Virus record (IMG/VR): IMGVR_UViG_3300045988_069725
Span: 1 to 43,866 of that record
Length of the DNA: 43,866 nucleotides
Reading direction: 5' to 3' (one strand)
From: a virus
Each line of letters begins with the position of its first letter. The first letter of the stretch is position 1. A program made the position numbers and the translations under genes. Below, piece after piece: positions 33,501 through 40,796 of the stretch. The notes under the pieces were generated by a model. That model saw only the letters and a program-made list of their open reading frames with translations. It was not told the origin of the DNA and searched no databases.

Positions 33501-36180
33501 TGGCGTCTATAATACCTCTGGATCCAAGCTCTGGACGATGGTGTCTACTGTGTTTGCGGATGAACTAGCGGAGAAATATAAGGCCATGAGAGCCTCTCAG
33601 TACACCCTGGATAACATCCTGTCTTATTGGTATGGTGATCAGGTGGCCAAAATCGGAGAGAAGCAGTACAACGCCGATATGGAAGCCAAGTACATTCAGT
33701 TTAAGAGTGACTACCTGTTCATGCTACACGGACGACGATATGAGCATATGCGACGGTGGATTACAGAGCGGTTACTGTACCTGGATACTATCTATGGGTA
33801 CGAGGCTGACACTCGGCAAAGTATCACAATCAGAGCGAACAAGAGCGGCAGCGTATACCTGGATATCTACACATATTCCCCGCAGTATGTCCGTATTGTT
33901 TGGCGTAATGGAGTAGAGCAGAAATTAAAGGTGGGACGCAATACTAACGGCGATATGATAAAAACCAGATTCTCATCTACCCTCGCAACAGGCACAGACC
34001 AGGAGATAATTATTTATAATGCAAAGCATATAAAAAAGATTGACAATATCGCCGTGTTGAGCCCAAGCGTTTTAAACCTGGTGGAAGCTACTAAATTAAC
34101 AGCGCTTGTTTGTTCAAATGCAGCTTTATTGAATGATGTCAGACTTGCAGGAAATAACAGATTTTTAAGGGACGTAGACCTGTATGGGTGCAAGATATTA
34201 GGGACCTCATCGGGTGGTGGTAATGTTTTGGACTTTTCGCAGATGTTGAATATGAGAACTCTGGATGTAAGGGGAACGGCGTTGGATAATATTCTCTTAC
34301 CCACGGGAGGAAGCAACCTGGAGAATTTATATATTCCAGATAATTTAAAACAAATAGATCTAGAGAATATGCCGCGGCTTAAGAAAATACAGTATGGTTC
34401 TAAAGAAGGGTTTAAGAGGGAGAATGCGTTTACCTCTATGAAAATAATAAACTGTCCAAGATTACCAGCTACATACATCAAGAATGTACACACAGAAAAT
34501 TTATGGCTTGAAAATTCATTGGCTGGGTCATTAGATGATGCTGTTATTAATACGCAGCAGAGCGGCACTGATCCTACTTGCGATATGTCAACTATTAAAA
34601 TAAAGGGGTTAAATTGTTTTGAAAGTGGCAGGCTTAAGATTGTAGCAGGACAAAATTATACGACGGTTCCAGCGACAAATAGTTTTGAAATCACCAATAC
34701 GAAGGTAGGAGAACTAGTATTAATCAAGTTAGGATTTATCGAAGAAACGATTGTTGATTTATCAAATGAGGACATTGGTAGTTTGTGTATACTGGAATAT
34801 GCCAATATAAAAGAACTTATATTGCCATCAACTCTAACAGGGCTGTCAATCAAAAAAAATGTTTTTAACAGCGTGGACTATGGAGAAAAATCACCGTCGT
34901 ATATTGGAAGTACACTAAAGTATCCAGATACGCTAAAGGACGTGGAATTTTATGTGGGCGAGAAAAAGACGGAGTTAATTGACTTATCTAGTTCGACAAT
35001 AACCGACTATCTCTATATCGAAGATCTAAAAGGCAAAAATATTAAGATAAATTGTGATTTTTCTCTTGGAAGCGGAGGGTATCTTAAATGGCAAAGCCAA
35101 CAGAGATTTTATCTGGGAAACTCAGGGGATATATCGGGATATGTGAAATGTACGGATGAAGCAAAAATAATGGGTAACAGTTCGGGGTTAGGAGAAGTTC
35201 AGGAACTTAAGCTTTTGATAGACACCTCAATGGTTACTAATTTCCAGGGTTTTTTTAATGGGTGTAAAAATCTGGTGACGATTCCAGAAATTGATACTTC
35301 AAAAGGAACTAATTTTGGTGGGATGTTTAGTGGTTGTTCCGCCTTGAGTGAGATTCCAGAATTAGATACCCTAAAAGGAATTAATTTTAGTACAATGTTC
35401 CGGTATTGCAGTTCGTTAACTTCGATTCCTATGATTGATACCTCGAATGGTGAAGACTTTAGTTATATGTTCGGTGACTGCGCACTGCTACAAACAATAC
35501 CTCAATTGAATACATCTAACGGAGTAGATTTTAAAGGCATGTTTGATGACTGCGATTCGTTATTAACAATTCCATTAATAAATACATCAAAAGCAACCGA
35601 TATCGATAATATGTTTTATTCGTGTGATAAATTACAAACAATACCACAACTTGATACTTCAAATGTAAGCAGAGCCTATAGAACATTCTATCAATGTAAC
35701 AAATTAAAAAACGTTGGAGACTTCGATTTTCGAAAAACAACCGCGCTTATTGGCACATTCGACTACTGTTATGGGCTAGAGGAAATTGGCATTTTAAACA
35801 CCCAAGGTATCCAAAGGTTCGTTGGTATTTTCGGATCTTGCCGTTCAATGGTAAAAATAGGTGGAGTAAACTTTTCTGAGCGAGGAGATTCAAGCAGCAG
35901 CCTATTTGATGATAGCGGTAACAGCAGCGGGGTTCCGAATTTATGTGATATTACATTTATTGGAACCCTAAATCAATATTCAGGATTATATGATTTGTAT
36001 AAACTTCCAAAAATGAATGCTGCATCTGTAGATTCAATGGTGCAAGCGTTGATAGATTATACTGGAGATACAGCAAAAACTTTATACCTATCCACATATG
36101 TAATTGAAAATTTAACAGAGGAGCAGACCGCAACTATTGTGGCCAAAAACTGGACAGTAACACAAAAGAGTGTATCCTAA
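30535..36180 (+). CDS. Giant multidomain tail fibre / receptor-binding protein (1881 aa)
   Basis: Domains in order: an N-terminal fibre anchor (IRVRRG...LLPGEFAVATDTG); two KYPIAT.EEA...DNKLM(S/T)PL repeats; a Gly8 linker; Ig-like segments; a LamG-like jelly roll (LVAWFDATG...IRVYERAL); a CotH-like domain (YKIKLKD...LKADYMESSHANN...DNLGKNMML...YPQFYDMDTQLG); and LRRs ending in 9 BspA/DUF285-type 24-aa repeats. Confidence 0.75.
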   Translation: MAIRVRRGLKEQFIASKLLPGEFAVATDTGTGWYCFKAGNVKLIATTDDIEKVMQDYDACQEDIAAIQTEMDAAKRAILELQNGAAKYPIATKEEALAAEANDKLMSPLRTGQLISEMVKDLVKYPIATEQEARAGIDDNKLMTPLKVAQAIEELASGGGGGGGGSTIPIMSSTFAGGSFAAGTEIEIRYRWSSPNEGYGTLHVLLNNVEIITEEVQQGLNRVVVPGQVKGNYTVLMYVTDRGGLTTDKLTFTLKVGGLDITSTFDDSEDFTIKSVIRIPVTIDTISLDPIYINTTIDNITTRTAGQNGYNMVQLPALTPGAHKVSIKVTSGVYVSNILQFNIIIEDADTLTIICDYEVEQVSYRDLVEIPYRVSLKGVDRFNAEYLVDGIIKKTLEIKSGTNIWATRDLAVGDHTLRINVATLDGAKTAYVEKSLRVNASSYTPLQPVVDASLVAWFDATGRTNQDTDRDTWADKSGNGTVANLVDFNYGANNGWIDNTLKCNGGSYVEIDLQPLKENAPYGLTVDIKFKTRDSGDELDCVLDMRGSDSNNRGFAIDTKYMYMNSGTTKAKSTVLEEAISRATFVIDRQNKLAKIYNNGVMTEAFIIQATETFTNNSKIYLGARLANVSGVWGPAYYSDCEVYSIRVYERALESDEIVQNHIADIPDLTEQEEKYRLNYENMMPTMYFYGDTSAMTKDNKVPLRIRYISTDSNKYGESFDLPACQVGWQGTSSLQYAVKNYKIKLKDQDGAKYKYSPFPNGILEDTFCLKADYMESSHANNTGMARFINDCLYDSKVPPQETNANVRTTIDGFPIQLYIAQSNDATPVYMGVFNFNLDKGCNDSFGFDANTLSFEVSSNSDTSAGAFKNDSDASIREDFELRYPDEDDCTAEQIDAAYATLKRIVTWVKNSTEETFRAEVEQYFSLEYLLKYYLQVHLFGMVDNLGKNMMLTTWDGLVWYPQFYDMDTQLGLDNTGYLEFLSDIDVVAGVYNTSGSKLWTMVSTVFADELAEKYKAMRASQYTLDNILSYWYGDQVAKIGEKQYNADMEAKYIQFKSDYLFMLHGRRYEHMRRWITERLLYLDTIYGYEADTRQSITIRANKSGSVYLDIYTYSPQYVRIVWRNGVEQKLKVGRNTNGDMIKTRFSSTLATGTDQEIIIYNAKHIKKIDNIAVLSPSVLNLVEATKLTALVCSNAALLNDVRLAGNNRFLRDVDLYGCKILGTSSGGGNVLDFSQMLNMRTLDVRGTALDNILLPTGGSNLENLYIPDNLKQIDLENMPRLKKIQYGSKEGFKRENAFTSMKIINCPRLPATYIKNVHTENLWLENSLAGSLDDAVINTQQSGTDPTCDMSTIKIKGLNCFESGRLKIVAGQNYTTVPATNSFEITNTKVGELVLIKLGFIEETIVDLSNEDIGSLCILEYANIKELILPSTLTGLSIKKNVFNSVDYGEKSPSYIGSTLKYPDTLKDVEFYVGEKKTELIDLSSSTITDYLYIEDLKGKNIKINCDFSLGSGGYLKWQSQQRFYLGNSGDISGYVKCTDEAKIMGNSSGLGEVQELKLLIDTSMVTNFQGFFNGCKNLVTIPEIDTSKGTNFGGMFSGCSALSEIPELDTLKGINFSTMFRYCSSLTSIPMIDTSNGEDFSYMFGDCALLQTIPQLNTSNGVDFKGMFDDCDSLLTIPLINTSKATDIDNMFYSCDKLQTIPQLDTSNVSRAYRTFYQCNKLKNVGDFDFRKTTALIGTFDYCYGLEEIGILNTQGIQRFVGIFGSCRSMVKIGGVNFSERGDSSSSLFDDSGNSSGVPNLCDITFIGTLNQYSGLYDLYKLPKMNAASVDSMVQALIDYTGDTAKTLYLSTYVIENLTEEQTATIVAKNWTVTQKSVS
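35242..35889 (+). repeat. Nine tandem 24-codon BspA/DUF285-type LRR units within the fibre gene
   Basis: The units are F.GMF.GC..L..IP.(L/I)DTS.G.. repeated: FQGFFNGCKNLVTIPEIDTSKGTN, FGGMFSGCSALSEIPELDTLKGIN, FSTMFRYCSSLTSIPMIDTSNGED, and so on. Confidence 0.8.
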
Positions 36181-36192
36181 GGAGGTGATCAG

Positions 36193-36543
36193 ATGCGCAT
36201 AGAAAATAAAAACGGTATCATATACCTGTATCCGGATCCGGGAAAGCTCCTGGCCCGCACGGGGGAGACAACCGGCAGTACATTGATGATTTTAGGAAAG
36301 TCAGACAAACCGGATAACTACACAGAGATTGACGAGCTGGCAGAGGGCCTGCCGGAGGAACCAGTGGAAGAACCGGATCCGCCCTACGAAGTTATACCGG
36401 ACGAAAACGGAAAAATTGACTATGAGACAGCTATGAAAATGAAGAATGACATTGATTTGCTAAAGCAGCGGACGCTATCCCTCCAGGAGACGAACGCTGC
36501 TTTATTGCAGCGCATACAGGAGGCAGAGATATGGCAGAAATAA
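36193..36543 (+). CDS. Hypothetical tail-fibre-associated protein (acidic, C-terminal coiled coil)
   Basis: GGAGGTGA RBS. It lies between the two fibre genes. Confidence 0.55.
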   Translation: MRIENKNGIIYLYPDPGKLLARTGETTGSTLMILGKSDKPDNYTEIDELAEGLPEEPVEEPDPPYEVIPDENGKIDYETAMKMKNDIDLLKQRTLSLQETNAALLQRIQEAEIWQK

Positions 36544-36830
36544 AAGTAAGAAGGGCAGCCACAGTAGCAAATACCCCGGTAATCCTGGAATTTGACGTCA
36601 TGGGGCTACAGTATCTTGTGAAAAACCACACAGATGATTATATCCATGTGGCATTTAAAAGCAATGCTACGGTAGATGAATGTGTATCCATACCGCCAGG
36701 GTGTGCCCAGGTGCTGCTAGTCAGCAAAATTGTAAGCGCAGATGACGGCAGTAAGGCGGTTTACGTGATCCCGGAGGGTACGTCACCGGACATTGAAAGG
36801 GGAGTGGAGGCACAATGCATACTCTGGTAA
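36531..36830 (+). CDS. Hypothetical protein
   Basis: Overlaps both neighbours, which suggests translational coupling. Confidence 0.5.
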   Translation: MAEIKVRRAATVANTPVILEFDVMGLQYLVKNHTDDYIHVAFKSNATVDECVSIPPGCAQVLLVSKIVSADDGSKAVYVIPEGTSPDIERGVEAQCILW

Positions 36831-39604
36831 TGGACTTAGAACCCGGCTACATAGGCACAGAGCCGGGTTTTCTCTACCGCTTCAACAGGGACCTCTACGA
36901 AACCATAACCTCCTCCCACCTAACCCTCAATACCCGCCCCGGGAGAATAAAGAACTTTAAACTATCCGGGGTAACAAGGCAGGTGGAGACTACGGGGGCA
37001 CAGCTCCTATATAACTTTTTCGGGGTTTTACTGTTACCCGGAGCTAATCCTGAAACAATAGACCCAGTAACAATGTCTGATACATCAAAATACGGAACGT
37101 TATGCGCCCATATTACAACACCAGGGACTTATTGTTTATCGGTTGGAAATGACTATGTATTCAACATCAACAGAAAATTATTAAATGGGAACCCAGCTGA
37201 AACAGTATCGCAAAGGCTTACTACCCCTTATGTATTCGATGTTACCGTCCCAGGAATTGTTGCTTTCTCTGTTGAACGAGATACAAGTGAAACTGATTAT
37301 ACAGATATACCAATTGGCGGTGGAAAACTACCATCTGATTTTGGATTTATGCTTAACGCCGGTGACACCGCCATGCCCTGGGAACCCTACACCGGCGCTA
37401 CATCATCCCCCAGCCCGGAATATCCCCGGGATATACAGGGGGTAGGGGTACGGACAGCACAGCTTGCAAACTTACCAGATATAGCCCCAACTACATCAAA
37501 TGGCTTAACCTGGAGCTGCAAAGACGGGGTTATTACAGTGACCGGAACAGCGCAAAAAAATTCTGATTCAACTACCGTCGGACTTTATACAGAACTACAT
37601 TTACAACCAGGGACATATAAGGTATCAGGATATGATACAGATGTAGAAGTATATGTAAGGATAACCCGCGCCGATGATAAAACAACGTATTATCAAGGAA
37701 CGCCCTTTGTGACTGAGGCGACTGACAAATTAACTATCATATATGCACAAGTACCCACAGGAAAAACAGTAAACAAAACCATCTGTCCTATGCTAAATGC
37801 CGGTAACACTGCCTTACCCTACGAACCATATGGCTATAGGACTGATGTAGTGTGCAGAACGGAGGATGATACAGAGAGCTACACTGCACCAATATACACA
37901 CGGGAGCCAGTAACACAGTGGGATCGCATCGAATACCGGAATGGTGAATATGGATTAACGCGTAGAGGCACCACCTATACTTTTACAGGACAGGAGAGGT
38001 TTAACAAATACGGGAGTAATGGTTTTGCGCTAACAAAGCCAGACATGCTTCCTGGTAACTACCGCAATGATGGTTACTGCAATAGATTTCCATGTGCAAA
38101 AGGTACTTCGGCCACGAAAGGTATATGGTTCGGGGCGGATAATAACCAATATATCTATTTTTTGGATGTGTTAGGCGTTGCTACCAGCGTATCAGAATTT
38201 GCGGCATGGTTACAAGCTAACCCAACAACGATAGTATACCAGCTTGCCGAAGAAGTCTGGGAACCCATTCCGGCCATATCCCAGCAAGCATTACACAACC
38301 TACCAACCTACAAAGGTACAACAATCATAGGCACCACAGACCCGCTGGAGCCAGAGATTACCGTATCATACAGGCCGCAGACAGATTATAGTAAACTCCC
38401 CGGCCTGGAGGCAGACTACGAAAAAGGTATCTTCACCCGCCTGGGTGCCGCCAAAAACCTAACCGCTGGATCACAGTTCAACCGCTTCCCAATGTATGCC
38501 GGGCGCCGCCGATGTAATGTATCGGACGATGGGACTATAACAGCCTATGTGGGCGATCCCAATTATAGGGAGGATGGCAGCAACGGCCAAGTAATGGTAT
38601 ATCAGCCTAAGTTTTACTATCAGGTTGTACCATTGAAACTTGAACCCCGGACAGACGGTATAGGCTATCACCTGCGCCGGGCACAGTATTGGGTATCACA
38701 CAAGCCACAGCCAGGATTTAAGCTTCACCCGGCATTCAAGAAACCGGCGCAGAAACTGGAATATATCATGTACGCAGCCTTTGAGGGCAGCATATACGAC
38801 ACATCGGAGGCAGCATACATCCTTGATGACGCCCAGGTGATGGACGTGGCGGCGGACAAACTAAGCAGCATTGCTGGGGCAAAACCAGCCAGCGGTAAGA
38901 CGCAGCAGTTTACCCGGCCAAACGTGGAACAATTAGCGCAAAACCGAGGCCCTGGATGGCATGGAGACACCATCAAAGCGGAATCGGCTAATCAGTTACT
39001 TATGGCAATAGAACTGGGAACCATGAACATCCAGGCGGCTATCGGGAATGGCGTTGTATCTATACCGGATACGCAAAGCACCGAAAATAATAGCATTGTT
39101 ACTGGTGGCACATCTAACTTAGGAAGTACAACCGGCATGGCAAATGGAGACAACGGAAAAGTATCTGTGTCTTATCGTGGTATGGAGAACCCGTGGGGAA
39201 ATATATGGAAGCAGGTCTACGGGGTTAATATCTGGGGTGACGGAACCATGAAAGGCGGCGTCCCTTATATCTGCAAAGATTACAATTTCGCAGAAAACAA
39301 GAATACCGGAAACTATGAAAGCGCAGGATTTACGCTAAGTAACACAAACGGCTATATATCGGCAATGGGATATTCGGAGGAATATGATTGGTTATTTCTG
39401 CCATCCGAAACGTTAGGAAATAATTCCTTACCCGTTGGAGACTACACATATATCACAGTAAACCTGAATGGTTATAGGAATTACCTATTTGGTGGCTCTT
39501 GGGATAGCGGCAGTTATGCCGGTGCTTTCTGCTTGAGCTCGATTGCTGGCGTCGGTTATTGTAGTCGGACCATCAGCGCTCGCTTAATATATGTACCACA
39601 ATAA
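36815..39604 (+). CDS. Second tail fibre / receptor-binding protein (929 aa)
   Basis: Duplicated module ends MLNAGDTAMPWEPYTG and MLNAGNTALPYEPYGY. The C-terminus ...RGMENPWGNIW...LFGGSWDSGSYAGAFCLSS...ISARLIYVPQ is C-type-lectin/FGE-like. Confidence 0.7.
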   Translation: MHTLVMDLEPGYIGTEPGFLYRFNRDLYETITSSHLTLNTRPGRIKNFKLSGVTRQVETTGAQLLYNFFGVLLLPGANPETIDPVTMSDTSKYGTLCAHITTPGTYCLSVGNDYVFNINRKLLNGNPAETVSQRLTTPYVFDVTVPGIVAFSVERDTSETDYTDIPIGGGKLPSDFGFMLNAGDTAMPWEPYTGATSSPSPEYPRDIQGVGVRTAQLANLPDIAPTTSNGLTWSCKDGVITVTGTAQKNSDSTTVGLYTELHLQPGTYKVSGYDTDVEVYVRITRADDKTTYYQGTPFVTEATDKLTIIYAQVPTGKTVNKTICPMLNAGNTALPYEPYGYRTDVVCRTEDDTESYTAPIYTREPVTQWDRIEYRNGEYGLTRRGTTYTFTGQERFNKYGSNGFALTKPDMLPGNYRNDGYCNRFPCAKGTSATKGIWFGADNNQYIYFLDVLGVATSVSEFAAWLQANPTTIVYQLAEEVWEPIPAISQQALHNLPTYKGTTIIGTTDPLEPEITVSYRPQTDYSKLPGLEADYEKGIFTRLGAAKNLTAGSQFNRFPMYAGRRRCNVSDDGTITAYVGDPNYREDGSNGQVMVYQPKFYYQVVPLKLEPRTDGIGYHLRRAQYWVSHKPQPGFKLHPAFKKPAQKLEYIMYAAFEGSIYDTSEAAYILDDAQVMDVAADKLSSIAGAKPASGKTQQFTRPNVEQLAQNRGPGWHGDTIKAESANQLLMAIELGTMNIQAAIGNGVVSIPDTQSTENNSIVTGGTSNLGSTTGMANGDNGKVSVSYRGMENPWGNIWKQVYGVNIWGDGTMKGGVPYICKDYNFAENKNTGNYESAGFTLSNTNGYISAMGYSEEYDWLFLPSETLGNNSLPVGDYTYITVNLNGYRNYLFGGSWDSGSYAGAFCLSSIAGVGYCSRTISARLIYVPQ

Positions 39605-39625
39605 CAATTTGAAAGGAGAACAAAA

Positions 39626-39889
39626 ATGGCAAGATTTTTACACATGCAACCAGGAAAGACCGAGGGGAAATACATCCCGGTTATCACTAACCAAAGAGTA
39701 GATGGCCAATGCTGGGAATTAGAAGAGGGCGGAATCATGCATGATACCGTCACCCCTGCGGCAGAGGTACGGCTGCAGTCCCAGCTTAACGCCGTCCAAG
39801 AGGCCCAGGCATCCATGCAGGAATCCCAGGCAATCACGGACCAGGCAGTGCAGGATTTAATCATCACGACAATGGGAGGTGCAGTATAA
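39626..39889 (+). CDS. Hypothetical protein at the fibre-lysis junction
   Basis: GGAGAACAAAA then ATG. Q/A-rich helical C-terminus. Confidence 0.55.
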   Translation: MARFLHMQPGKTEGKYIPVITNQRVDGQCWELEEGGIMHDTVTPAAEVRLQSQLNAVQEAQASMQESQAITDQAVQDLIITTMGGAV

Positions 39890-40026
39890 TGGCAGCATTT
39901 CTGGCGAAGAGAATCATTGACGGGTATATGACAAAGGAGCAGGTCCCGGCAGCTTTAAGGGATGCAGTGTATGCGCTGTTGCCGCAGGAGCCAGAGGAAC
40001 CGGTAGAGGTACCAGCAGAAGCCTAG
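39889..40026 (+). CDS. Small XkdX-like protein (45 aa, below the ORF-track cut-off)
   Basis: TAATG overlap. MAAFLAKRIIDGYMTKEQVPAALRDAVYALL. The position before the holin is as in PBSX-like phages. Confidence 0.35.
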   Translation: MAAFLAKRIIDGYMTKEQVPAALRDAVYALLPQEPEEPVEVPAEA

Positions 40027-40027
40027 A

Positions 40028-40080
40028 AAGGCGGTGATCCAACAAAATATCTCCCTTTGGGACGCGGGGTGAAGCGTCTT
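40028..40080 (+). promoter_or_regulatory. Conserved late-region motif, copy B, upstream of the lysis cassette
   Basis: AAGGCGGTGATCC...ATCTCCCTTTGGGACGCGGGGTGAAGCGTC. It contains the hairpin GGGACGC-ggggtgaa-GCGTCTT followed by ATTTTA. Confidence 0.35.
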
Positions 40081-40117
40081 ATTTTAGTGCAAATGACTTG
40101 AAAGAGAGGATAAGAAG

Positions 40118-40564
40118 ATGAAAGTAATTGACACATACAATGCAGTAGTGGGGGCAGTGGTTGCTGTCCTCTCGATGGTTTTCGGGGAGCACTGGATCTT
40201 GTTTATGGCGTTCCTGATGCTTAACATAGCAGACTGGTTTACCGGGTGGATGAAAAGCCGCATGGCCCACAAAGAGAACTCGGTAGCCGGCTGGAAAGGT
40301 GTCCTGAAAAAGTTGGGATACTGGTTAATGATTATGGTTGCATTTGTTGCCAGCGCAGTATTTATAGAGATTGGGAATGTGCTGGGAATCAACCTGCAGG
40401 TGACTACTTTACTTGGCTGGTTCGTGCTGGCCTCCCTGCTGGTGAATGAAATCCGGTCAATATGCGAGAATTTTGTGGAAGCCGGGTTTAATGTACCTAT
40501 GATACTGCAAAAGGGGCTGGAAGTGGCAGATAAAGCAATTAATAAGGAGACAGGGGACCAGTAA
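40118..40564 (+). CDS. Holin (holin_tox_secr / Phage_holin_4_1-like)
   Basis: Three hydrophobic segments. FLMLNIADWFTGWMKS...GWKGVLKKLGYWLMIMVAF...LLVNEIRSICENF are family hallmarks. Confidence 0.85.
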   Translation: MKVIDTYNAVVGAVVAVLSMVFGEHWILFMAFLMLNIADWFTGWMKSRMAHKENSVAGWKGVLKKLGYWLMIMVAFVASAVFIEIGNVLGINLQVTTLLGWFVLASLLVNEIRSICENFVEAGFNVPMILQKGLEVADKAINKETGDQ

Positions 40565-40592
40565 GGTCCCTTTTTGATTGGAGGAATCACAG

Positions 40593-40796
40593 ATGAAATT
40601 TAGAAAAAAGCCGGTTGTGATTGAAGCGTATCAAACAGACCAGGAGCTTATTATTCAGACGATGGAGGGACCATTAAAAGCTTCGCCCGGAGACTGGATT
40701 ATCACTGGAATACGCGGGGAACAGTATCCATGCAAACCAGATATATTTGAAAAGACATATGAACCTGTTGGGGAGGAAAATTTATGGGAACATTAA
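40593..40796 (+). CDS. PGDYG-like small protein between the holin and endolysin genes
   Basis: GGAGGA then ATG at 40593. [10 protein letters not shown]...[27 protein letters not shown]. Confidence 0.4.
   Translation: MKFRKKPVVIEAYQTDQELIIQTMEGPLKASPGDWIITGIRGEQYPCKPDIFEKTYEPVGEENLWEH

Noticed and set aside
39485-39604. An active diversity-generating retroelement targeting the fibre tip
   Set aside because: No reverse transcriptase ORF (no YxDD-type RT motif context) exists in the genome, and I could not find a second copy of the tip-coding sequence that could serve as a template repeat.
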